The notes under the pieces are model-generated. The model saw nothing but the letters and a program-made list of their open reading frames with translations, made no database searches and was not told the origin of the DNA. DNA of 64,000 bases from an uncultured Acidobacteriota bacterium (GTDB lineage Bacteria; Acidobacteriota; Thermoanaerobaculia; Gp7-AA8). The position numbers were made by a program, and so were the translations under genes. Where the stretch lies: positions 416,001 to 480,000 of the forward strand of contig CAVUKB010000001.1 of assembly GCA_963741955.1 (NCBI GenBank), read 5' to 3'. This document shows, one piece after another, positions 1 through 9,483 of this stretch (position 1 is its first letter; each line of letters begins with the position of its first letter).

Positions 1-830
1 GCCCCGGACTGGATCAGCCGGTGGGTTCCGGCGCTCCCGGCCGAGAAGATCGGTCCCGGTACCGCGAATACCTCGCGCCCCTCGTCGAGGGCGATGCGCG
101 CGGTGATCAGCGATCCGCTCTTGAGTCCCGCTTCGACCACGATCGTTCCGCGCGACATTCCGGCGATGATCCGGTTGCGGACGGGAAAGTTCCGCGGATG
201 GGGAGGTGTCGAAGCCGGGAGCTCGGTGAGTACGAGCCCCTCTGCCGCGATCCGGTCGTAGAGGCGACGGTTCGATCGCGGATAGCAGACGTCGATCCCG
301 GTGCCGAGAACGGCGGCCGTCGTTCCTCCCGCATCCAGCGCGGCTTCGTGAGCGGCGGCGTCGATTCCCGTCGCAAGCCCCGACACCACCACGATTCCGG
401 CCCGGGCGAGATCGCGCGCCAGCCGCCGGACGACGTTGATTCCATACGGTGACGCACGCCGGGATCCGACCATGGCGATGGCCGGCAGCCGGAGTATGGA
501 AGGGTCACCGCGGAAGTGAAGCGCGGGGGGAGGGTCGGGAGTCTCTCGCAGAAGGGAAGGGTAGATCTCGTCGGCCAGAGTGAGGGTGCTCTCCCGAAGT
601 TGCTCGATCCGTTTCCGGAATTCGGGGAGTTGTAACGGATCCTTGACCAGCGCGGCCTCGACACCTGTTACATTCAGAAGCATCGAGATTTCAGTGGAAG
701 CGGATTTGCAGACCTCGGCGAGAGGATCGAATCTCTCATACAGCAGACGCAATCGGGTCGGGGTCAGAAACGTGAGAAGCGACCAGCCGATCAGCTGATC
801 ACGGGCAATCCGGACCGTCGTATCCGTCAT
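1..830 (-). CDS. dprA: DNA-processing protein DprA (3' end runs off window)
   Basis: Not in the ORF track. Manual translation from ATG at 830 gives MTDTTVRIARDQLIGW...HPRNFPVRNRIIAGMSRGTIVVEAGLKSGSLITARIALDEGREVFAVPG, the DprA/Smf signature. Confidence 0.93.
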   Translation of the reverse strand, partial: MTDTTVRIARDQLIGWSLLTFLTPTRLRLLYERFDPLAEVCKSASTEISMLLNVTGVEAALVKDPLQLPEFRKRIEQLRESTLTLADEIYPSLLRETPDPPPALHFRGDPSILRLPAIAMVGSRRASPYGINVVRRLARDLARAGIVVVSGLATGIDAAAHEAALDAGGTTAAVLGTGIDVCYPRSNRRLYDRIAAEGLVLTELPASTPPHPRNFPVRNRIIAGMSRGTIVVEAGLKSGSLITARIALDEGREVFAVPGPIFSAGSAGTHRLIQSG

Positions 831-1000
831 ATTCGTGGATGACAGGGGGAGGCCGGACAGTCGTTGTTAAGCGGGCTCGAGGCATTATAATCCCCTTGCC
901 TGAACAGTTGAAGTCCCGTCGAAGCAGACGCGTTGGAATCTGAGATCGCGCTGCTCGGCACGTTGAGAAGCTCACCGTTATCGCCGGAAGGAGACTTCGG

Positions 1001-1720
1001 ATGTCACGTGCTCTTCGCTTCGCCGCGCTCGGGATCTGTTCTCTCCTCTGCGTCAGCGGCTGTTCGCACCGGCTCGATCTGAGCCGACCCTCCACCCAGA
1101 TGCGCGTTGGCGTGGACTTCGCCCGGAAGGATCTGTGGCGAGAAGCGCTGTTTCGTTTCCACCGCGCCAGTGAGCTCGACTCGAACGACGCGATGATCCT
1201 GAACGATCTGGCCGTTGCGTACGAGGCGAACGGCGATTTCGAGAAGGCGAAGGCGACATACGGGAAAGCACTGGAGCTGGATCGCTCCAATCCTTACATC
1301 CAGAAGAATTACAGCCGCTTCGTCGAGTTCTACTCGCGCAGCCTGAAACGGGAAAAGGCGGCGGCGGAAGCGACGCCGGGTTCCGCGAAGACTCCTCCCG
1401 CGGAGAAGACCCCTCCTCCCGCGGAAGCCCCGCCGTCGGGCACACCGCAGGTTCCCCCCGCGACGAGCGCGACGCCCCCCGGAGGTGAAGCGGCGCCTCC
1501 TTCGTCTTCCGCGCCGCCGGCTCCGGTACCGGAAAAGGAGAGCCCTCCCCCGGTGCAGACCCCTCCGCCCCCGGATCAGAGCCCCGAGAATCAACCGCAG
1601 CCGGTGAAACCACCGGCGCAGACCCCTCCGCCTTCTCAGAACCCGCCGCCGGTACCGACTCCTCCGCCCCCTGCGGGCGGGACGCAGAGCTCTTTCACGA
1701 TTCCAGGAGGTGTGGAGTGA
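1001..1720 (+). CDS. TPR-containing putative lipoprotein with Pro-rich C-terminal tail
   Basis: Signal peptide with lipobox-like VSGC; TPR motifs (ILNDLAVAYEANGDFEKAKATYGKALELD); long P/A/T/Q low-complexity tail; GGAG RBS. Confidence 0.8.
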   Translation: MSRALRFAALGICSLLCVSGCSHRLDLSRPSTQMRVGVDFARKDLWREALFRFHRASELDSNDAMILNDLAVAYEANGDFEKAKATYGKALELDRSNPYIQKNYSRFVEFYSRSLKREKAAAEATPGSAKTPPAEKTPPPAEAPPSGTPQVPPATSATPPGGEAAPPSSSAPPAPVPEKESPPPVQTPPPPDQSPENQPQPVKPPAQTPPPSQNPPPVPTPPPPAGGTQSSFTIPGGVE

Positions 1721-2409
1721 TCCGTCGACTGGCAGCCGTCGTTGTTGTCGCTCTCTTCCCGGTGCTCGCGGGTGCGGGCGTGATCGAAGTGACCATGAAG
1801 TTGCCGGTCAAACCCCGGATCAACATAAGCGGGAACGAGAAGGTCGCGATCGCTCCCTTCGTCCTCGTCTCCCATCAGGAGGAGCGCGGCGACGACCGTG
1901 CGGCGCGTGTCGACGTCCAGGCCGAGTTCTCTCGCTTCCTCCACAAGCAGTTGTCGAAATCGACTCAGCTGCGGATCGTCGACGTCGGGACCACCAAGCT
2001 GCCCGGCAACGACATGAAGGAGCTCGAGGCGAACCGTGACTACTGGAAGGAGCTCGGGGCGAAGACCGGCGCCGACATCATCATCTCCGGGGTGATCGAT
2101 TTCGACATCCAGGACAAAGCCGGGTATCGAACCGAGGAGTACGTGTCGCCCGTCGACCAGAGGACGTATTACCGGCAGGTGCTGGTCGAGTCGACCGGAT
2201 TCGTCTTCGACATCGTCTTCGCGGTGTTCGACGCGGACACGGGGGAGAAGCTGGTGGAAGAGAACTTCCGCGACTTCAAACAGTTCGATCAGCGCAATTA
2301 CGACGAGATCCTCGGGCTGTTCGAAAATCTCCGTTCACTCGAAAGCCAGATTCTCGGGATATTCGTGTCCCAGGACACTTCGGCCGCCCGATACCTCTTC
2401 ACCCGATGA
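1717..2409 (+). CDS. Secreted hypothetical protein (possible CsgG/TolB-N/LpoB-like alpha/beta fold)
   Basis: GTGA overlap with upstream stop, GGAGG RBS, signal peptide; KVAIAPF...LGAKTGADIIISG pattern. Fold is inference. Confidence 0.7.
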   Translation: MIRRLAAVVVVALFPVLAGAGVIEVTMKLPVKPRINISGNEKVAIAPFVLVSHQEERGDDRAARVDVQAEFSRFLHKQLSKSTQLRIVDVGTTKLPGNDMKELEANRDYWKELGAKTGADIIISGVIDFDIQDKAGYRTEEYVSPVDQRTYYRQVLVESTGFVFDIVFAVFDADTGEKLVEENFRDFKQFDQRNYDEILGLFENLRSLESQILGIFVSQDTSAARYLFTR

Positions 2410-2506
2410 GGCGCCGAGCCGCGGAAGTACGGAGTCGCTTCGTCGATCGTCCGCCGGAGACGTCGTCTCGAGTCGCAGTGTGCAGCCAGAACTCATGGAG
2501 GTCCGT

Positions 2507-5464
2507 GTGAAACGCTCGATCGCACTCATCCTGATTTCGCTCGCCATGCTCGCTCTGCCGGGCTCTCTTTTCGCGTTCGGCAAGAACAAGATCGTGTACG
2601 ACGAGTTCGACTGGCGGATCTATCATTCGACTCATTTCGACGTCTATTACTACGACGAAGAGAAACCGTCACTGCAGAAGGTGGTGAACCTCGCCGAGAG
2701 CGCGTACGACGAGCTCTCGAGAAAGTTCAACTTCCAGATCTCGAAGAAGATCCCGATCATCTTCTACGCCACGCATTCCGCGTTCGAGCAGAACAACATC
2801 GAGCTCTCCTTCATCCCGGAAGGTGTCGGCGCTTTCGCCGAACCGGTGAAGGATCGGATGGTGCTTCCGATCGACATGCCGGACGAGAAACTCTATGCCC
2901 TGATCAAACACGAGATGACGCACGTGTTCGAGTACGAGATCCTCTTCCAGGGGAAATTCGCGAAGGAAATGACCAGCCGTCCCCCGACCTGGCTGATGGA
3001 AGGTCTGGCGTCGTTCATGGGATCGGACGAGGATTCCCGCGACCGGATGGTGCTGCGCGATGCGGTGGTCAACGATCAGGTTCCTTCGATCACCCAGGAT
3101 TTCGGTGGATACTTCGCGTACCGCTTCGGCCACGCGGTGTTCCGTTACATCGTGGATCGTTACGGGTGGGACGGGCTGCGTGACTTCATCTACGAATACC
3201 GGAACACGCTCGGCAGCTCTCTCGCCAAGCCTCTGAAGCGAGCCTTCGACGTCACTCCCGAGGAGTTCGACAGCCAGTTCCGCACCTGGCTCCGGAAACA
3301 GTATCTCCCCGCACTGGTGGCGAAGGGGGAGCCGCTCGAATACGGGAAGCCGTTCAAGATCGCGGAAGGCGTCCAGGACCAGGACATGTCACCGGTTCCT
3401 GCACCGTCGGGTGACCTTCTCGCCGCGCTCACGACATACAAAGAGGATGCGGACGTCGGATTGTTCAACGTGCCAGAGCGGAAGCTGCTCCGGAATCTGA
3501 CCCGCGGTTACGCCGATCAGTACGAGTACATCGTGGCCCAGGCGCTCACCACCGGGCCGGTGATGGGGCGTGACGTCGGATTCAGTCCGAACGGGGACCA
3601 GATCGCGGTCTTCGTGAAGAAGGAGCGGGGACGCAGTCTGCTGCTGATCAACGCTCTCTCCGGCGCGATCGAGCGGATCATCCCGATGAAGGGGGTCGAG
3701 CAGCAGCTGAATCCGACCTACTCCCCGGACGGGACGAAGATCGCGTTCCATGCATTCCAGGGAGATCGTGCCGACATTTTCACCTACGACCTGCAGACCG
3801 GTGACATCGCGAACCTGACCAACGACGCGTTCTTCGACGCCGCGCCGGTCTATTCGCCGGACGGAAAGTCGATCGTCTATTCATCGGTAGTGGACGGATA
3901 CGCGAAGCTCTTCCGGATCGACCTGACCGACACGTCGAAGCGGTACCAGCTCACCACCGGCGACTGGAACGACATCGACGCCTGGTTCTCCCCGGACGGG
4001 AAACGGATCTTCTACGCCTCCGATCGACAGACCGGGCGAGCCGCTGCCGTTGCCAGCCAGCTGGCGGAGAGAACGCCGGGAACGAATACGTCGGAAGCGG
4101 AGGAGAAGGCAAACAAGATCGATCCGTCGAACTTCGCCACGTACAACATTTATTCGCTGAATCTCGGCTCCGGAGAAGTGCTCGAATACACCGACGTGGT
4201 CGGCGGCTGCTTCACGCCGGTGGTCTTCACCGGCGAGGGAGGAGAAGAGAAGCTCGTCTTCGCGTCGTATTACAAGCGGCAGTGGCAGCTCTACATCACG
4301 GACACCTCGAAGTCGCTCCGGGTCGCGGAGCGGATCGCCATCCCGTCACAGCCACTCCTGCCCGGAGAGCGTTCGCAGTTCCTTCCGCCGGTCGAAGTCG
4401 CGATCGATCCGGACAAGAGCGAGAACTACGGCGGCCACAAAATGTTCATCGAGGACGTCGAGGTGAACGCCGGCGTCGCTTCCGACCAGACCTTCGTCTC
4501 GCGATCGGTGATCTTCATGAGCGACATGCTCGGCAACCGCCGGCTGGTCGCGGCTCTCGACTCGGTCTCGACTTTTTCGAATTTCGATTTCCTCTACTTC
4601 GACATGACTCACCGCACCAACTGGGGCGTGCGCCTCTTCGACGACCGCACGTTCTTCGTCACCCAGAATCCGGAGCGCGGAAATCTGACCCGGGAGCGGA
4701 CGCTGTACCGGCAGACCGGACTGATCGGGCTGGTCAGCTATCCCTTCGATCGCTATCACCGCGTCGATACCGGAGTGGGCTACATGTTGCGGGACTACTC
4801 CTTCCCGTTCCTTCAGCAGAATCCGGACGGCACCGTCGATCTGAACTTCCTCTCCCGGAGTGACAACTTCCCCCTGGCGACTGCATCCTTCACCGGTGAC
4901 AGCACGCGGTTCAAACAGTTCGGTCCGATCTCCGGAAGGCGCTACGAAGCGAGTACCACCTATGCGCTCGACACGAAAGATGGAGGCGCTCTTTCCAACG
5001 ACTACACCCTCGATTTTCGGCAGTACCTGCAGCTCAGCTCACGCTCTCTTCTCGCCATGCGCGTCTTCGGCGGCTACTCCGAAGGGAACTTCCCGAACTT
5101 CTACTACTTCGGAGGTCTGAATACGCTCAGGGGATACGACTTCCGTTCCTTCGTCGGGAATCGGGCCTTCTTCGGGAACTTCGAATATCGCTTCCCGCTG
5201 ATCGATTACCTGATCAGCCCATACCTTCGTCTGCGGGACATCCGAGGTTCGCTTTTCTTCGACGTCGGGGGGGCGTACTTCAACGGCCAGCCGTTCACGT
5301 TCATGGAGAACCGGCAGCTCCAGGATGCGAAGGCGGCAGTGGGGTACGGGATCTCGTTCGATCTCTTCGGTCTCGAGCTTCACTGGGATTTTGCGAGAAG
5401 AACGGATCTGAAGAATATCGACAACCAATTCAGAACCACGTTCTGGATCGGACCGACATTCTGA
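2507..5464 (+). CDS. Omp85 (BamA/TamA-family) outer membrane protein with N-terminal HExxH zinc peptidase and PD40/WD40 beta-propeller domains
   Basis: HEMTH...WLMEGLA gluzincin motif; repeated [YF]SP[DN]G PD40 repeats; C-terminal GGLNTLRGYD Omp85 loop motif; terminal Phe; GTG 2507 after GGAGG. Confidence 0.85.
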   Translation: MKRSIALILISLAMLALPGSLFAFGKNKIVYDEFDWRIYHSTHFDVYYYDEEKPSLQKVVNLAESAYDELSRKFNFQISKKIPIIFYATHSAFEQNNIELSFIPEGVGAFAEPVKDRMVLPIDMPDEKLYALIKHEMTHVFEYEILFQGKFAKEMTSRPPTWLMEGLASFMGSDEDSRDRMVLRDAVVNDQVPSITQDFGGYFAYRFGHAVFRYIVDRYGWDGLRDFIYEYRNTLGSSLAKPLKRAFDVTPEEFDSQFRTWLRKQYLPALVAKGEPLEYGKPFKIAEGVQDQDMSPVPAPSGDLLAALTTYKEDADVGLFNVPERKLLRNLTRGYADQYEYIVAQALTTGPVMGRDVGFSPNGDQIAVFVKKERGRSLLLINALSGAIERIIPMKGVEQQLNPTYSPDGTKIAFHAFQGDRADIFTYDLQTGDIANLTNDAFFDAAPVYSPDGKSIVYSSVVDGYAKLFRIDLTDTSKRYQLTTGDWNDIDAWFSPDGKRIFYASDRQTGRAAAVASQLAERTPGTNTSEAEEKANKIDPSNFATYNIYSLNLGSGEVLEYTDVVGGCFTPVVFTGEGGEEKLVFASYYKRQWQLYITDTSKSLRVAERIAIPSQPLLPGERSQFLPPVEVAIDPDKSENYGGHKMFIEDVEVNAGVASDQTFVSRSVIFMSDMLGNRRLVAALDSVSTFSNFDFLYFDMTHRTNWGVRLFDDRTFFVTQNPERGNLTRERTLYRQTGLIGLVSYPFDRYHRVDTGVGYMLRDYSFPFLQQNPDGTVDLNFLSRSDNFPLATASFTGDSTRFKQFGPISGRRYEASTTYALDTKDGGALSNDYTLDFRQYLQLSSRSLLAMRVFGGYSEGNFPNFYYFGGLNTLRGYDFRSFVGNRAFFGNFEYRFPLIDYLISPYLRLRDIRGSLFFDVGGAYFNGQPFTFMENRQLQDAKAAVGYGISFDLFGLELHWDFARRTDLKNIDNQFRTTFWIGPTF

Positions 5465-5634
5465 TCTCCGGAGCCCGCGAATGATTCGTCCGGCCGCGCC
5501 CTCCGGGGCGGCTCGCTCCCGCCTCGGGTTCGCGGTCGCTCGATCGTCCGGTCGTGTATGATTGGGTAAATCGCACGCGATCGAATCGATATCGGGGCGG
5601 ATCCGGTTCCAATGCCGGATCCGGGTGGGTGCGC

Positions 5635-6399
5635 ATGGATCTGCGGATTCTCGGCTGTTTCGGAGGGGCTCTTCCCGGCCACCGGACGACGAACTTTCTC
5701 GTCAACCGGCACACGGCGATCGATGCCGGTGCGCTCGCTCACGCGCTCACGTTCGACGAACAGCGGTCCCTGCGACACGTGCTGATCACTCACGCGCATC
5801 TCGATCACACCGGTGGACTCCCGTTCGTCGTCGACAACGTGTTCGGCCAGCAGGAAAAGCCGCTGGACGTTTACTCGATTTCCCCGGTGATCGAGTCGAT
5901 GAAGCGGCACCTGTTCAACGACGATACCTGGCCGGACTTCTCGAAATTGCCGACCGAGAAGAATCCGGTTCTCCGTTTCCACGAGATCGAGGCAGGGAAG
6001 CCGTTCGAGATCGAGGGAGTGCGCTATACCGCCATACCGGTCAACCACATCGTTCCGTGCGTCGGTTATCTGATCGATGGCGGAGCGTCGTCGGTGCTTT
6101 TCAGCAGCGACACCGGTCCGTGCCCGGCGCTCTACGAGCGCGCGAATGCGGTTCCGAATCTTCGAGCGCTGATCACCGAGGTGTCTTTTCCGAACTCCAT
6201 GCAGGACATCGCGGATCTTTCGCGGCATCTCACTCCGCGAGGTCTGGCTCGGGAGCTCGCGCAACTCGAGCGGCGGGTCGACGTTCTTCTCTACCATCTG
6301 AAGCCGCCGTTCGTCGAGACACTCCACGCCGAGGTTCACGAGCTCGGTCTCGATTTCGTCCGTTGCCTCGATCAGGACGCGACGTATACGTTCGAGTGA
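5635..6399 (+). CDS. Class II (MBL-fold) 3',5'-cyclic-nucleotide phosphodiesterase-like protein
   Basis: ILGCFGG, IDAG, THAHLDH (HxHxDH), HLFNDDTWPDF, SDTGP, HLTP, HLKP motifs. Confidence 0.82.
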   Translation: MDLRILGCFGGALPGHRTTNFLVNRHTAIDAGALAHALTFDEQRSLRHVLITHAHLDHTGGLPFVVDNVFGQQEKPLDVYSISPVIESMKRHLFNDDTWPDFSKLPTEKNPVLRFHEIEAGKPFEIEGVRYTAIPVNHIVPCVGYLIDGGASSVLFSSDTGPCPALYERANAVPNLRALITEVSFPNSMQDIADLSRHLTPRGLARELAQLERRVDVLLYHLKPPFVETLHAEVHELGLDFVRCLDQDATYTFE

Positions 6400-6412
6400 T
6401 CGGATCGATTCG

Positions 6413-8342
6413 CTAGACTGAAGTTCCCGGGGGTTTTCGCAGAGAAGTGCTGTGTTTTCTTGAAGATGACCTCGATTTGTATGCAAGAATGTAGCCATGT
6501 AAGTGTGATTACTGCATTGACAGGTGTGAATAGTACTGGCATACTGTGGCCATGCACATCGACATCGTGCCGAACCGCAACTCGGCCCCGGCCGTCCTGC
6601 TGCGCGAGTCCTACCGGGTGGGGGCCAAGGTCCGAAAACGCACGCTGGCCAATCTCTCGGCCCTGCCGGCCGATCAGATCGACGCGATTCGCAGAATCTT
6701 GAAGGGCGAGAGGCTCGCCCCGATCGCCGAGCTGTTCGAGATCATTCGATCGGTCCATCACGGTCATGTCGAAGCCGTCCAGATCGCAATCAAGCAACTC
6801 GGCTTCGCTTCGCTCGTTGCATCTCGCTCGTGCCGCGAGCGTGATCTGGTCCTCGCCATGGTGGCGGCTCGTATCCTTGCCCCGCGCAGCAAGCTCAGCA
6901 CCGTGCGGTCATGGCACACCTCGACGATTCCCGAAGTCTTCGGTGTCACCGATGCCGATGAAGACGACCTCTATGGCGCGCTCGATTGGCTGCTTGGCCG
7001 ACAAGACGCAATCGAAAAGAAACTCGCAGCGAGACATCTGCCCAAGGGCGGTCTGGTCCTGTACGACCTGAGCTCGAGCTATTTCGAGGGAGAGAGCTGC
7101 CCGCTCGCCATGCGCGGCCACAACCGGGATGGCAAGAAGGGCAAGCTTCAGGTCAACTACGGACTGCTGACCGACCGCCGTGGGTGCCCCGTAGCAGTGA
7201 GTGTCTTCGATGGCAACACCAGTGACCCCAGGACATTGATGCCTCAGGTCGAGAAACTACAGAAGACCTTCACGATCGAGAAGTTTGTTCTCGTTGGCGA
7301 TCGCGGCATGATCTCGCAGAAGCAAATCGATGATCTCCGTCAGCGAGACGGCATTGATTGGATTACGGCCCTCAGGAGCGTGACGATTCAAAAGCTCGTT
7401 GACGCCGGTCATATCCAGCTCGGGCTGTTCGACACGCGCAATCTTTTCGAGATGACCCATCCCGATTTCCCGGGCGAGCGACTGGTGGCCTGTCGCAATG
7501 CGGATCTGGCCCGGTTGCGCGCGCACAAACGCGAGTCGCTCCTCGAGGCTACGCTCAAGGAATTGGAGAAAGTGCGAGGGATGGTCTCGCACGGCAAGCT
7601 CCAAGGAAAGGACGTCATTGGCGTACGCGTCGGCAAGGTGATCGACAAGTACAAGGTCGCCAAACACATTGTCCTGGACATTCGCGATGACGGGCTTGAC
7701 TTCCACATCGACGCGGACAAGGTGGCGCGCGAGGCTTCCCTCGATGGGCTCTATGTCGTAAGGACCAGCGTGGCCGCCGAGACTCTTGGCACCGACGACG
7801 TCGTGCGCAGTTACAAGCTGCTCAGTCAGGTCGAGCGGGCCTTTCGCTCACTGAAGACTGTCGATCTCCAGGTGCGGCCCATCCGCCACCGGCTCGAGGA
7901 GCGCGTCAAGGCTCACATCTTCCTCTGCATGCTGGCCTACTACGTGGCCTGGCACATGATGGAAGCCTGGCGCCCACTGCTTTTCTCCGACGAGGACCAG
8001 CAGGCAAAAACGAGCCGTGATCCCGTTGCTCCCGCAAAACGATCAGCGAAAGCGCTCGATAAGATCCATTCGAAGGTACTCGACGACGGCACTCCCGCCC
8101 ACAGCTTTCAGACCCTGCTCGCAGACCTGAGCACCATCGTCCGCAACACCGCTCGCCGTCCGGGCGCATCCAACGACGAGTCCACCTTCGACCTCGTCAC
8201 CACCCCAGGCCTAACTCAACAGCGCGCCTTCGATCTGCTCAAGTCCATCCACTTGTAGACAGAAGCCTGCACGCATATTCCTGCCTATCTCCCTGAATTT
8301 ACAGCGGATCCTTGCCTATAGCCCCAGGGAACTTCAGGCTAG
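6413..8342. mobile_element. IS1634-family insertion sequence
   Basis: Imperfect terminal inverted repeats CTAGACTGAAGTTCCCGGGGG (from 6413) and reverse complement CTAGCCTGAAGTTCCCTGGGG (ending 8342); CTAG at both ends (target duplication or IR tip); encloses a single transposase. Confidence 0.88.
6546..8258 (+). CDS. IS1634-family DDE transposase
   Basis: LLRESYRVGAKVRKRTLANLS N-terminus; LYDLSSSYFEG, GHNRDGK, VGDRGM, VERAFRSLK, RPIRH, AHIFLCMLAY motifs. Confidence 0.93.
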   Translation: MAMHIDIVPNRNSAPAVLLRESYRVGAKVRKRTLANLSALPADQIDAIRRILKGERLAPIAELFEIIRSVHHGHVEAVQIAIKQLGFASLVASRSCRERDLVLAMVAARILAPRSKLSTVRSWHTSTIPEVFGVTDADEDDLYGALDWLLGRQDAIEKKLAARHLPKGGLVLYDLSSSYFEGESCPLAMRGHNRDGKKGKLQVNYGLLTDRRGCPVAVSVFDGNTSDPRTLMPQVEKLQKTFTIEKFVLVGDRGMISQKQIDDLRQRDGIDWITALRSVTIQKLVDAGHIQLGLFDTRNLFEMTHPDFPGERLVACRNADLARLRAHKRESLLEATLKELEKVRGMVSHGKLQGKDVIGVRVGKVIDKYKVAKHIVLDIRDDGLDFHIDADKVAREASLDGLYVVRTSVAAETLGTDDVVRSYKLLSQVERAFRSLKTVDLQVRPIRHRLEERVKAHIFLCMLAYYVAWHMMEAWRPLLFSDEDQQAKTSRDPVAPAKRSAKALDKIHSKVLDDGTPAHSFQTLLADLSTIVRNTARRPGASNDESTFDLVTTPGLTQQRAFDLLKSIHL

Positions 8343-8374
8343 AGCTAGACCGGCCGCCGTGGCGCCCCGACACA

Positions 8375-9427
8375 TCACGCGGCGCGAGGAGACTTCCGGC
8401 GATCGGCGATCGTCTCCCGCAGATATTTCAGAAGCGCGCGCTCTTCGTTCGACAGCCCGCGCCGTGCCACCGGTCGCGCACGGCGGCTTCGAGGGAGTGT
8501 CTCCACCTCGCGACCGCCCATGAAGTCTTCGAGAAGCCGTGGACAGATGTAAGACGAACGCGAAACCGCAGGAGTGTTGCCCAACAGAGACGCGGTGGCT
8601 TCGATCGCTTTCCTGACCCGCCGCTTCCTCTCCTTCTTCGTCGTTGCCTGTCCCTGCATCGCGAGGGCGATGGAACAGAGGAGCGTGCCGGCCCAGGTTC
8701 GAAAATCCTTTGCGGTGAAGTCCTCGCCGATGGTCTGCTGAATGTACTCGTTGACGTGGCGATCCTTGATGTCGATCATCCGGGACCCTTTCAGATACCG
8801 GAACAGTTCGTCATCCTTCTTGCCGAGCCGTCGAAGCTTCTTCACCAGCCGCGCGACGGCGGGATCGCGGATCGCGCGACGGTGGGGCTTCTTCCACTTT
8901 CCGATGTAGTCGAACAGGACGTCCTCGCCGCTGACGCGAACGTGGTTTTTGCGAACGGTGGTGAGGCCGTAAGTGGACTCGGAGCGTGCGCTTCGATCGT
9001 TTCCGACCCGGAAAAATCCCTGATCGATCAACCGCACGATCGCGGAGAGGACGTGCTCGCGATCGAGATCCTTTCGCCCAAGGTCGCGGCTGACGCGGCG
9101 TCGAAGCTTCGGCAGGGACTCCCCGAAACGGACGATTCGCAGGAACTTCTCCTCGTCTCGTTTCTGCCGGAATCGGGAATGGTACCGATACTGAGTCCGT
9201 CCGCGGGCGTCGATCCCGACTGCCTGAAGAGGGGAGGAGTCGCTCCGCGCGATTCGTACCTCGCGCCACGCGGGCGGGATCCCGAGCTTCCGGATGCGCT
9301 GGAGAGTCTTCTCGTCCTCGACGTCTTTCCCCGACGCCGTGACGTAGTGGAAGTTCGGCTTACTTCCCGTTCGCCGGATTCCGTGCGTGTCGAGATACCA
9401 GCGCCGCCGGACGCCTTTTCGTCCCAT
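8375..9427 (-). CDS. Bacterial (poxvirus-like) DNA topoisomerase IB
   Basis: IPPAWREVRI, LQAVGIDARGRTQYRYH, FRVGN, YGLTT, KDFRTW, LGNTPAVSRSSY (catalytic Tyr); start taken at ATG 9427. Confidence 0.92.
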   Translation of the reverse strand: MGRKGVRRRWYLDTHGIRRTGSKPNFHYVTASGKDVEDEKTLQRIRKLGIPPAWREVRIARSDSSPLQAVGIDARGRTQYRYHSRFRQKRDEEKFLRIVRFGESLPKLRRRVSRDLGRKDLDREHVLSAIVRLIDQGFFRVGNDRSARSESTYGLTTVRKNHVRVSGEDVLFDYIGKWKKPHRRAIRDPAVARLVKKLRRLGKKDDELFRYLKGSRMIDIKDRHVNEYIQQTIGEDFTAKDFRTWAGTLLCSIALAMQGQATTKKERKRRVRKAIEATASLLGNTPAVSRSSYICPRLLEDFMGGREVETLPRSRRARPVARRGLSNEERALLKYLRETIADRRKSPRAA

Positions 9428-9483
9428 GCCGGGATCACCGGGTGCGAGATCGATGCCGCGAAAATGTCGCCTGCGCGACCCCG

